Shown: one piece after another, positions 56,648 to 64,000 of the stretch
Layout of the letters: each line of letters begins with the position of its first letter
Numbering within the stretch: position 1 is the stretch's first letter
Assembly: GCA_038152885.1 (NCBI GenBank)
Contig: JAYOXR010000001.1
Span: 5,273-69,272 of the forward strand
DNA from: Candidatus Nitrosopumilus brisbanensis
GTDB taxonomy: Archaea; Thermoproteota; Nitrososphaeria; Nitrososphaerales; Nitrosopumilaceae
Length of the DNA: 64,000 bases
Direction: 5' to 3'
Notes under the pieces: model-generated
Told to the model about the DNA's origin: nothing
Databases searched by the model: none
What the model saw: the letters and a program-made list of their open reading frames with translations, nothing else
Made by a program: the position numbers and the translations under genes

Positions 56648-57301
56648 TTATAGACTCAATGCTAGAAGAATGAATGAATCAGAAACTCTTTGACATTTAT
56701 CTGCCATCTCTTCAATACCTTCAATCACATCCTTTAACAACAATAATTCTTTTGTGTTTGTGATTTCATTGAGAAGAGTTAATGTTGCTTGTCTGTATTT
56801 AATGTCTATTTCTCTTTCAATCTTTTGTGTTTCTTGAGCAAGCTCAATTGCATTTGCAGTGTTTGTACTGAGACTTCTAATAATCTCATTTAGTTTGTAA
56901 ACTTGGTCTACAACTAATCCGATAAGATTTGTTAACTCTTTGTCTAATTTTGCACTCTTGAGAGTGGTGGATTTTACATTTGAAAGTTTGAATGATATTC
57001 CAGTAATGTATCCTGCAATTTCATCCATAGTGTATGCTGTGTTGAGAAGATTTTCTCTATTCATGATTAATCCTCCGACATCGGCAACTTCACGTGTGAT
57101 CTTTCTTCTCAAATTTTCAACTTCTTCTTCAATTGTTGAAATTTGCTCTAATGCATTTTTTATACCGCTTTTGTCTTTTTTTATCATCAACTCTGGGAGT
57201 GATGCTAATTCTCTAGATGCATTAAGAATTCTATTGATCTCATCTTGTAGAACTGCGATAGCCTTTCTTTTTGCTTGAACTTCAAGCTCTCCGCTATACA
57301 T
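56648..57301 (-). CDS. DUF47 / PhoU-like family protein
   Basis: 217 aa, all-helical, with TIGR00153-like repeated E..AD motifs (EEEVENLRRKITREV, IEEMADKC). No phosphate transporter is adjacent. Confidence 0.55.
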   Translation of the reverse strand: MYSGELEVQAKRKAIAVLQDEINRILNASRELASLPELMIKKDKSGIKNALEQISTIEEEVENLRRKITREVADVGGLIMNRENLLNTAYTMDEIAGYITGISFKLSNVKSTTLKSAKLDKELTNLIGLVVDQVYKLNEIIRSLSTNTANAIELAQETQKIEREIDIKYRQATLTLLNEITNTKELLLLKDVIEGIEEMADKCQRVSDSFILLALSL

Positions 57302-57356
57302 AACAAAGTCTTAAACAACCTCAGGTAATTTAAATCCTAATTGAATTTGATAAATT

Positions 57357-59123
57357 TTACATCAAACTTTTGTCATGAGCGATTTTTTTCTGGCTCTGGT
57401 ATAACGTGATAACTTCCTCATTGGTAGATGCGTCCTCTGGAGTTTTTTCTAATCTGATCTTTCCTGTAAATTTAGGAAATCTAAGAGCTAATCCTGCTCC
57501 TTTTCGAATATGGTCCCTTGCCGCCTTGTGAATTGGACTAAGTGTAATTTCGGAAGCTACGACTTCAATTACTAATTCTGGCTCAAACCAAACGTCTGCT
57601 TCCATCTCACTATCAATTCTAGGATTTTTTTTGATTGTAACTTTTGGATATAGTATTTGATATAATTGGTCCAAACTCTCGTCTGAGAATCCTGTTCCAA
57701 CTTTACAAATGCTTGTGAATGTGTCTTCATCTTCGTCATATGATGCAAGTAATAGAGTTCCATAATTTCCTGTTCTTCTTCCTTTTCCAAAATATCCTCC
57801 AATTACAACAAGATCTAAACTGTCTCCTAATTCATTTTGATATTCTCTTTTTAGCTTTAACCAAAAACTTCCTCTTGAACCTGCCTGATATGGTTTGTTT
57901 GGCATTTTTAACATTAAACCTTCACTGCCTGCATTGATACTATTTTCAAAAAATTCTATAATGTCTGATTCTTTTTTAATTATGGTCATTGGTATATGCT
58001 TGACAAAATTATTTTCTTTAACGATATCTTCCATCTTTTTTCTTCTTTCACTGTATGATAAATCTAGGCAACTTTCATTATTACAAAATAAAATATCAAA
58101 CAGATTAATTGTAATTGGATATTGAGAAACAGCTTTTTCTATTTTGTATTTTCTTCTCCTGTGCATTAATTCTTGAAACGGTAAAAATTCTCCAGTATTC
58201 TCATTTATTGCAACCGCCTCTCCTTCAAGAATTATATTTTCTGCAGAAATAGTTTCAGGAATTTTTTCAATGATATCTGGATAAAAACTAGAAATATTTT
58301 CTAAACTTCTTGAAAATAATACTACCTTTTCACCTTCTACATGAATCTGAACTCTTTCACCATCTAGTTTGTATTCTGCGGCAAACTCATCACCCATTTT
58401 TTCTATTGCTTCATTTTCACTCTTTACTCGTTCAGCCAACATTGGTCTTATTGGATTAAACAAAATTGCTTTGAATTTTTTTATTCCTTCTAGCCCTTCA
58501 TATGAAACAACTTCTGCAACTTTACCCAGATCACTTGAAACGTTATATGCTAACTCGAGAATTTTTCGATTTTCTTTTTCTGATGTAAAACATATTGATA
58601 ATGCATCCATTACAGTATTTTCTGCAACTCCTAGTCTTAATGTTCCAAGTAAAATCTTTAAAATGAAACTGGCTTCGAGTGGATTTGCATCATTAAGGAG
58701 ACTAGAAATGTATTTCATCTTCATATCTTGTGAGCGATTACCTTCCAACTTTGCGATTTTGAATAATGTCTCGTAGACTCTTTCTACTGTGATATCCTCT
58801 ACAAGAAACGTTGTCTGTGTTTTTTGTTCAAGTATTTTTGTTGCAGCATGTCCAAGATCTCCTCCTTTTCTATATTCTTCCTCAATTTTTTTAATTGGAA
58901 TACCTGATGATTTTGAAATTGATTTTATTGCTAATTTTTCTGCAACACCTAATTCAATTCCTTCAAAATCTGGTCGTAATTTTCCTTGAAGAAGATATAC
59001 AATTTTCGATATTGTCTCTTTAGGTGTTTTTTCAAATAATTCTACTAGAAATTGTGTTAACTCTAGTCTTTTTCTGGTTGATTCCATTTTGCTAAATGTC
59101 TCTGCTAAAATGGCAAATTCCAT
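57357..59123 (-). CDS. lig: ATP-dependent DNA ligase
   Basis: 588 aa with the adenylation motif EYKLDGERVQIH, EGLMLK, and DLVVIGGYFGKGRR in the OB domain. Confidence 0.95.
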   Translation of the reverse strand: MEFAILAETFSKMESTRKRLELTQFLVELFEKTPKETISKIVYLLQGKLRPDFEGIELGVAEKLAIKSISKSSGIPIKKIEEEYRKGGDLGHAATKILEQKTQTTFLVEDITVERVYETLFKIAKLEGNRSQDMKMKYISSLLNDANPLEASFILKILLGTLRLGVAENTVMDALSICFTSEKENRKILELAYNVSSDLGKVAEVVSYEGLEGIKKFKAILFNPIRPMLAERVKSENEAIEKMGDEFAAEYKLDGERVQIHVEGEKVVLFSRSLENISSFYPDIIEKIPETISAENIILEGEAVAINENTGEFLPFQELMHRRRKYKIEKAVSQYPITINLFDILFCNNESCLDLSYSERRKKMEDIVKENNFVKHIPMTIIKKESDIIEFFENSINAGSEGLMLKMPNKPYQAGSRGSFWLKLKREYQNELGDSLDLVVIGGYFGKGRRTGNYGTLLLASYDEDEDTFTSICKVGTGFSDESLDQLYQILYPKVTIKKNPRIDSEMEADVWFEPELVIEVVASEITLSPIHKAARDHIRKGAGLALRFPKFTGKIRLEKTPEDASTNEEVITLYQSQKKIAHDKSLM

Positions 59124-59157
59124 TTCTAATCTATCTCATTGAATAATAAAAATTGAA

Positions 59158-59568
59158 TTAGATATATCTGAAGATTGTTGGTTTATCTGAATTTGGACTG
59201 GCTGAAATTAAACCAAAGTTGTATAGTGGAAACATCTCTTTGTATTGTTTCATGAAACTCCATGCTACGTCATGATTCTTGAATTCCGTTCTAATTCCTG
59301 AAATGTGACTTTTTTTCCCATAAATATCGAACACCACAATTGAATAATTTTTGGGCTTATTGTTTGGTTTTGCTTTAAAGTACCAAGTCAGCGCAAACAC
59401 AAAAACCACACCTAAAATGACACATTCTCCAGCCACTTTAAAAAAATCTAATACTATCGATGGAATTGTTTGACCAAAAAGTACGGCAACAAAGTTTGAA
59501 AATGAAATTACTGCAATTGCTGTAAAAATATAGTTCTTCCAATTAAAGACTTCAAGAAATTTCAGCAT
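59158..59568 (-). CDS. hypothetical membrane protein
   Basis: 136 aa with two N-terminal TM helices and a soluble C-terminal domain. Confidence 0.45.
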   Translation of the reverse strand: MLKFLEVFNWKNYIFTAIAVISFSNFVAVLFGQTIPSIVLDFFKVAGECVILGVVFVFALTWYFKAKPNNKPKNYSIVVFDIYGKKSHISGIRTEFKNHDVAWSFMKQYKEMFPLYNFGLISASPNSDKPTIFRYI

Positions 59569-59608
59569 ATCTTTTAAGAATGCTTTTTTGATTTAACTAT
59601 TTCTAGAA

Positions 59609-60745
59609 TTAATCTGGATCTTCGTAATTTTCTTTTCTATCTGCTGTAGATGATGCGTCTTCCATTGGTTTCATTTTGCTTTCCAAAATATCCATTCTTG
59701 CTCTATATCCTTCAGCATATTCCAATTCAGATGGTACTAAAGTCGCTGGATGAATGAATCCTTGACTTCTTATTGCTAATGCTCTTTTTGTTGCTGTTTC
59801 TCTAATTAGATCCCAATCTGGAGTTGAAAATCCGTCAAATGGTCCAGTCAGTTTTCCATTATGCATACTGAAAACAAGTGATTCTACAATTGGAATACAA
59901 AAGTTGATTGTAGCTGCTGAATTTAGTTTAACTGGCATTAATGGCATGTTGTGACTTCCTCTAGTGTTTCCTGCAACTAAATGTGGATTATTGAAAACAC
60001 TTCCTACTTCTTCAGTAGCTGGAAATCTTTTTTGTGTTCTAACAACACATATCGGATCATCTTTTCCAACATAAGTTCCAGCTATGTTATGTAGTCTATC
60101 AGTTGATGCAGCTAAAATGGGTTCTCCATCTTTTGTTGTTACAGAGTCAACAACATATCTGCCGGGATACATTAATGCAGCTTCAACTGTTGGTTTATCT
60201 TGCCATAATTCTAATTCTGCAATTTGTGCTTTTTCAACATCCATTATGTTAATCTTAACACCTTCTGCAAGATTCTTGTTAACAATTAATCCTGTGTTAC
60301 TAAGTGCGTCTACAAACATTCTATAAATTGGATAATTGAATGCACCTGGTTCAGTTTTATCAGCTGCAAAAACTGTGAATGCCTCATTTGGTCTTTCTTC
60401 AAACTCCATCTCAGCAACACCTGGGCCCATTCCCTTTACATTTCCTGAAAAAGAATCTTTTAACAAATCTTGTCCAGCTCCATACAGTCCCTCTTCTTTA
60501 GCTACTTGAGTTCCTGCCATGAATGCATCCCATGCAAGTTTGTGAATTTTCTCATTATCGACTCCATGTGTATGAGTCATAACAATGTGGGTATCATCCC
60601 CACAATATCCAATGTAATAATCGATTAAAAGATCTGATGAATTTTTTATGGTATTTTTCACTGCGTCTAAAAGACCATCACTTGGTTTGGTATGACCTCC
60701 AACTCCTCCAACATCTGCTTTGATTACTGAAACTGTAATTTTCAT
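59609..60745 (-). CDS. fbp: bifunctional fructose-1,6-bisphosphate aldolase/phosphatase (class V FBPase)
   Basis: 378 aa with the MKITVSVIKADVGGVGGHTKP N-terminus and overall family pattern. Confidence 0.93.
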   Translation of the reverse strand: MKITVSVIKADVGGVGGHTKPSDGLLDAVKNTIKNSSDLLIDYYIGYCGDDTHIVMTHTHGVDNEKIHKLAWDAFMAGTQVAKEEGLYGAGQDLLKDSFSGNVKGMGPGVAEMEFEERPNEAFTVFAADKTEPGAFNYPIYRMFVDALSNTGLIVNKNLAEGVKINIMDVEKAQIAELELWQDKPTVEAALMYPGRYVVDSVTTKDGEPILAASTDRLHNIAGTYVGKDDPICVVRTQKRFPATEEVGSVFNNPHLVAGNTRGSHNMPLMPVKLNSAATINFCIPIVESLVFSMHNGKLTGPFDGFSTPDWDLIRETATKRALAIRSQGFIHPATLVPSELEYAEGYRARMDILESKMKPMEDASSTADRKENYEDPD

Positions 60746-60871
60746 AATTTTTCATTTACACCCTTTGATTTATGTGCTTTTGAAAAATTCTTTGATCCGA
60801 AAAAATTCAAACTTTGAAAAAATTTTTCAAAAATTCATAACAGTAATAAATGCCCTCAATTACGCCAACAT

Positions 60872-62170
60872 ATGGCAGATAAACCACACTTGAACCTGAT
60901 TGTTACAGGTCATATTGATAATGGAAAATCAACAACTATGGGTCATTTCTTAATGGATCTTGGTGTAGTCGATGAAAGAACCATTGCATCTCATGCCGCC
61001 GAATCCGAAAAAACCGGTAAAGGTGACACATTCAAGTATGCTTGGGTTATGGACAACATTAAAGATGAGAGAGAAAGAGGAATTACTATAGACTTAGCTT
61101 TCCAAAAGTTTGAGACTCCAAAGTACTTCTTCACATTAATTGATGCTCCTGGTCACAGAGATTTTATTAAAAACATGATTACTGGCGCATCTGAAGCCGA
61201 TGCCGCCATTTTGGTACTCTCCGCAAAAGAAGGAGAAACAGATACCGCTATTGCCCCAGGTGGACAAGCAAGAGAACACGCATTCTTGCTCAAGACTTTG
61301 GGTGTAAACCAACTAATTGTTGCTATCAACAAAATGGACGATAGTAATTTCTCAGAAGCTGCATTCAAAACAGCAAAAGAGAAAGGTGAAAAATTAGTTA
61401 GATCAGTCGGTTACAAACTAGAAAATGTCCCATTCATTCCAGTTTCTGGATGGAAAGGAGACAACTTAGTTAAAAAATCTGAAAACATGGCTTGGTACAC
61501 TGGTAAAACATTGTTACAAGCATTTGATGATTTCACTAATCCTGAAAAGCCAATTGGAAAACCATTACGTGTTCCAATTCAAGATGTCTATACCATCACT
61601 GGTGTAGGTACAGTACCAGTAGGTAGAGTTGAAACCGGAGTTATGAAGCCTGGCGAAAAAATCGTTGTCATGCCTTCAGGCGCTCCTGGTGAAATCAAAT
61701 CTATTGAGACACACCACACAGAGATGCCAAAAGCAGAAGCAGGTGACAACATTGGTTTTAACCTCAGAGGTGTTGAAAAGAAAGACATCAAAAGAGGTGA
61801 TGTACTCGGAACTCCTGACAACCCACCAAAAGTTGCAAAGGAATTCAAAGCACAAATCATTGTAATTCACCATCCAACAGCAATTGCACCTGGATACACT
61901 CCAGTAATGCATGCACATACTGCACAAGTTGCAGCAACAGTTACTGAGTTCTTACAAAAAATCAACCCAGCATCTGGTGCAGTTGAGGAAGAAAATCCAA
62001 AATTCCTCAAAGTTGGTGACTCTGCAATTGTCAAAATTAGACCTGTGCGACCAACTTGCATAGAAACTTTCCAAGAATTCCCTGAAATGGGCAGATTTGC
62101 ACTCAGAGATATGGGTGCAACCATTGCAGCAGGTATTGTAAAGGAAGTTACAGAAGAGTACAAACCATAG
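60872..62170 (+). CDS. tuf: translation elongation factor EF-1 alpha
   Basis: 432 aa with GHIDNGKST, DAPGHRDF and NKMD G-motifs. Confidence 0.98.
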   Translation: MADKPHLNLIVTGHIDNGKSTTMGHFLMDLGVVDERTIASHAAESEKTGKGDTFKYAWVMDNIKDERERGITIDLAFQKFETPKYFFTLIDAPGHRDFIKNMITGASEADAAILVLSAKEGETDTAIAPGGQAREHAFLLKTLGVNQLIVAINKMDDSNFSEAAFKTAKEKGEKLVRSVGYKLENVPFIPVSGWKGDNLVKKSENMAWYTGKTLLQAFDDFTNPEKPIGKPLRVPIQDVYTITGVGTVPVGRVETGVMKPGEKIVVMPSGAPGEIKSIETHHTEMPKAEAGDNIGFNLRGVEKKDIKRGDVLGTPDNPPKVAKEFKAQIIVIHHPTAIAPGYTPVMHAHTAQVAATVTEFLQKINPASGAVEEENPKFLKVGDSAIVKIRPVRPTCIETFQEFPEMGRFALRDMGATIAAGIVKEVTEEYKP

Positions 62171-62182
62171 GCGGATTTTTTT

Positions 62183-62491
62183 ATGACCCAAACCGCCCGT
62201 GTAAAACTCACCTCTACTAGTTTACCTAAACTAGATGGAGTGTGCGGTGAAATCATGGGCATTGGGAAAAAAACTGGTGTCAAAGTTAAGGGTCCAACCC
62301 CTCTACCAGTTAAGAGATTACATGTCGCTACGAGAAAATCTCCATGCGGCAATGGTACTGAAACTTATGAAAAATGGGAAATGAAAATGCATAGAAGAAT
62401 TATCAATATTAGTGCAGATGATAAAGCAATAAGACAATTAATGAGATTAAAAATTCCTGATGATGTCTATATTGAATTATCCTTGACATAG
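62183..62491 (+). CDS. rps10: 30S ribosomal protein S10
   Basis: 102 aa in the canonical position after EF-1 alpha, with the PTPLP..RLHVATRKSPCG..G..T.E.WEMKMH.R pattern. Confidence 0.95.
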   Translation: MTQTARVKLTSTSLPKLDGVCGEIMGIGKKTGVKVKGPTPLPVKRLHVATRKSPCGNGTETYEKWEMKMHRRIINISADDKAIRQLMRLKIPDDVYIELSLT

Positions 62492-62526
62492 AAAATACCT
62501 AAATTATAGAAAATTTGTGAATAATC

Positions 62527-62721
62527 ATGGCAGACGATAATTTTGATGATTTAAGTGAATCTTCAGTAGAGACATTTGAAGTAAATTATTCTTGTCTTAG
62601 ATGCGGAACACTGGTTTCAAATACCGAACTTTCACGATTACCTGAAATCAAGTGTATTTGTGGTTTTAGAGTTTTTACCAAAGTAAGACCTCCAGTAGTA
62701 AAATCTGTTAAAGCAATTTAA
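62527..62721 (+). CDS. rpoP: DNA-directed RNA polymerase subunit P (Rpo12) with acidic N-terminal extension
   Basis: The YSCLRCGT...LPEIKCICGFRVFTKVRPPVVKSVKAI core matches my recollection of archaeal RpoP (CxxC...CxxCG.R...K.R....VKAI). About 20 acidic residues precede it. Confidence 0.75.
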   Translation: MADDNFDDLSESSVETFEVNYSCLRCGTLVSNTELSRLPEIKCICGFRVFTKVRPPVVKSVKAI

Positions 62722-62723
62722 TA

Positions 62724-62918
62724 TCAAATTTTTTTATAACTATGTTTTCTCATTAAATGGGTTCTCATATCTTCCATGTTCGTAAAAAATTCATTACATT
62801 CTTTACAATCATACTTGAGATCTTTACCATGAAAAATTTCTATATGATTCATTAATTCTTCTTGTTTTGAAAATTTTCTATCGCAATTGTTACATTTAAC
62901 TTTCTTCAAAAATCCCAT
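62724..62918 (-). CDS. tandem C2H2 zinc-finger protein
   Basis: Two fingers fit C-x2-C-x3-F-x5-(L/M)-x2-H-x4-H: CNNCDRKFSKQEELMNHIEIFH and CKECNEFFTNMEDMRTHLMRKH. They are joined by GKDLKYD. I prefer ATG 62918, one nt after the upstream TGA, over the track start at 62945. Confidence 0.65.
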   Translation of the reverse strand: MGFLKKVKCNNCDRKFSKQEELMNHIEIFHGKDLKYDCKECNEFFTNMEDMRTHLMRKHSYKKI

Positions 62919-62919
62919 T

Positions 62920-63330
62920 TCATCCAAACTCAGCTTTTTTCTCATCCCAACAATTTCTACACAATTGTCCCTCTACTTTCCATTTTGCTTTTGGATTGTA
63001 TCTAATCAATCCTATTTTTCCACCACATAATGAACAAAAATTCTTCTTTTTTCCAAAATTATCTTCCTTTTTGTCAAAACAGTTCTTACAAAGTAATCCT
63101 TCCATATCCCATTGCCATCTTGGCTCCCAAAGATCAGTGATTTTTTGCGTAGTTCCACACACTACACAGGGTTGTCTTACTTTTCCTTCATAGTATTCTT
63201 TTTGTTTCTCAAAGTGACAGTCGCCACAAAGTGAACCTTTGATATTCCATTCTCTTTTCGGTTTGTGTTTGTGAGTTAGCTCTTTTTCACATACTGCACA
63301 AAAGGTAGGTTTTTTTGAAAATAATCCCAT
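62920..63330 (-). CDS. protein made of three tandem zinc-ribbon repeats
   Basis: 136 aa with three copies of C-x2-C-x(12-15)-W-x3-G-x-LC-x2-C-(F/W/H)-(D/E)-(K/E)K: CAVCEK...WNIKGSLCGDCHFEK, CVVCGT...WDMEGLLCKNCFDKK and CSLCGG...WKVEGQLCRNCWDEK. Confidence 0.6.
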   Translation of the reverse strand: MGLFSKKPTFCAVCEKELTHKHKPKREWNIKGSLCGDCHFEKQKEYYEGKVRQPCVVCGTTQKITDLWEPRWQWDMEGLLCKNCFDKKEDNFGKKKNFCSLCGGKIGLIRYNPKAKWKVEGQLCRNCWDEKKAEFG

Positions 63331-63392
63331 TTCAAATTAGATTAAAAACGATATTGTATAAATGTCAATAAAATAAAAATATCTGAAAAGCG

Positions 63393-63515
63393 TTATTCGC
63401 TTAATATTTTCTCAAGAGCTTGGCTTGCGTTAAGCATACCTTGTCTCTTGGCAAGTTCTTCGATCATTTTGTATTGTTTTTCTGTAAAACAAACAGGCAT
63501 TGAACGTCTTTCCAT
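63393..63515 (-). CDS. small ribbon-helix-helix (CopG/Arc-like) protein, 40 aa
   Basis: Below the track cutoff. Encodes MERRSMPVCFTEKQYKMIEELAKRQGMLNASQALEKILSE, which has a beta strand followed by two helices, the RHH layout. Confidence 0.4.
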   Translation of the reverse strand: MERRSMPVCFTEKQYKMIEELAKRQGMLNASQALEKILSE

Positions 63516-63589
63516 ACCTAATACACTTTATTTTTACTAATATCTTTTACTCTAGAAAAATTTTTGAATAGATCCTTTTTTCATATATT

Positions 63590-64000
63590 GTGGTCAAAAA
63601 AATCCAAATTCTTGTTATTGGAAATAATACAAATGGTTGTACTACTGAACATGAAAAAATTGCATTTGAAGTAGGACAAGAAGTAGGAAAATCTGGTTCT
63701 GTGCTTATCACTGGTGGTCTTGGAGGGATAATGCAAGCTGCCTCAAAAGGTGCAAAAAGTGTTGATGGGATTACTGTGGGGATAATTCCTCAGGATGATC
63801 CTTCTGAGGCAAATGAGTATTGCGACATTGTAATTCCATCTGGAATGGGATTCACTAGAGATTTTCTTAATGCATTGTCTGCAGATGGAGTAGTAATTGT
63901 AGGCGGTGGCTCTGGAACTTTGTCTGAGGTATGTGCTGCATATATGAGTAAGAAACCTATGGTTGCAATTCGTAGTTTAATTGGTTCAATTACTCCCTAT
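63590..64000 (+). CDS. LOG/TIGR00725-type Rossmann-fold protein (lysine-decarboxylase-like), partial, runs off window end
   Basis: GTG 63590 opens VVKKIQILVIGNN...LITGGLGGIMQAASKGAKSVDGITVGIIP...VVIVGGGSGTLSE. The GGxGGxM and GGxGTxxE motifs mark the family. There is no stop before 64000. Confidence 0.6.
   Translation, partial: MVKKIQILVIGNNTNGCTTEHEKIAFEVGQEVGKSGSVLITGGLGGIMQAASKGAKSVDGITVGIIPQDDPSEANEYCDIVIPSGMGFTRDFLNALSADGVVIVGGGSGTLSEVCAAYMSKKPMVAIRSLIGSITPY

Noticed and set aside
58369-58989. 135-aa and 66-aa plus-strand ORFs inside the DNA ligase gene, and similar antisense ORFs inside uvrA, carB, leuB, aspS, the tldD-like gene and the TrmB gene listed in the track.
   Set aside because: All are embedded antisense in genes with strong family signatures and have a low-complexity, Ser/Leu/Phe-rich composition.
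61588-62352. Long antisense ORFs, up to 161 aa (61867-62352, minus), opposite tuf and rps10.
   Set aside because: They lie opposite two of the most conserved genes in the window. Their Ser/Pro/Thr-rich composition is typical of shadow frames.
1-64000. I looked for tRNA, rRNA or other structured RNA genes (GC-rich islands in intergenic DNA), CRISPR repeat-spacer arrays, integrases, transposases, terminal inverted repeats and toxin-antitoxin or defence gene pairs.
   Set aside because: None were seen. The intergenic regions are short and AT-rich. The only GC-rich intergenic spot (53085-53106) is a simple hairpin, and every repeat found is an intragenic coding repeat.

Overview
Densely packed, AT-rich (about one third GC by eye) archaeal chromosome segment with roughly 80 genes on both strands. 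Stop/start overlaps are frequent and many starts are TTG or GTG. The gene content fits a marine ammonia-oxidising thaumarchaeon (Nitrosopumilus-like). It includes EF-1alpha and S10, RpoP, tRNA-splicing endonuclease, ATP-dependent DNA ligase, bifunctional FBP aldolase/phosphatase and a CdvC/Vps4 ATPase. It also has a membrane-anchored plastocyanin-like cupredoxin and a bacterial-type uvrB-uvrA-uvrC operon. Housekeeping blocks are folate/purine genes (purD, MTHFS, folD, purN), carAB, ilvB-ilvN-leuA-leuB, aspS, the 5' end of ileS, citrate synthase and base-excision repair genes. I found no rRNA, tRNA, CRISPR array, integrase or transposase, so the window looks like core genome rather than an accessory island. 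The observations most worth a second look are: (1) a 589-aa double-SDR protein with a YxxxQ catalytic motif that resembles the N-terminal half of Chloroflexus-type malonyl-CoA reductase and is coupled to a hotdog-fold gene; (2) a 15-codon upstream ORF ending in five consecutive Leu codons in front of ilvBN-leuAB; (3) two unannotated helical proteins, the first ESCRT-III-like, coupled to CdvC; (4) a small operon encoding an RHH protein, a triplicated zinc ribbon and a eukaryote-like tandem C2H2 finger; (5) carA, whose conserved N-terminus is in frame but has no canonical start codon; (6) three low-complexity tandem-repeat extensions on otherwise ordinary proteins. All family assignments come from reading motifs by eye and from memory of family signatures. 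No database search was run.
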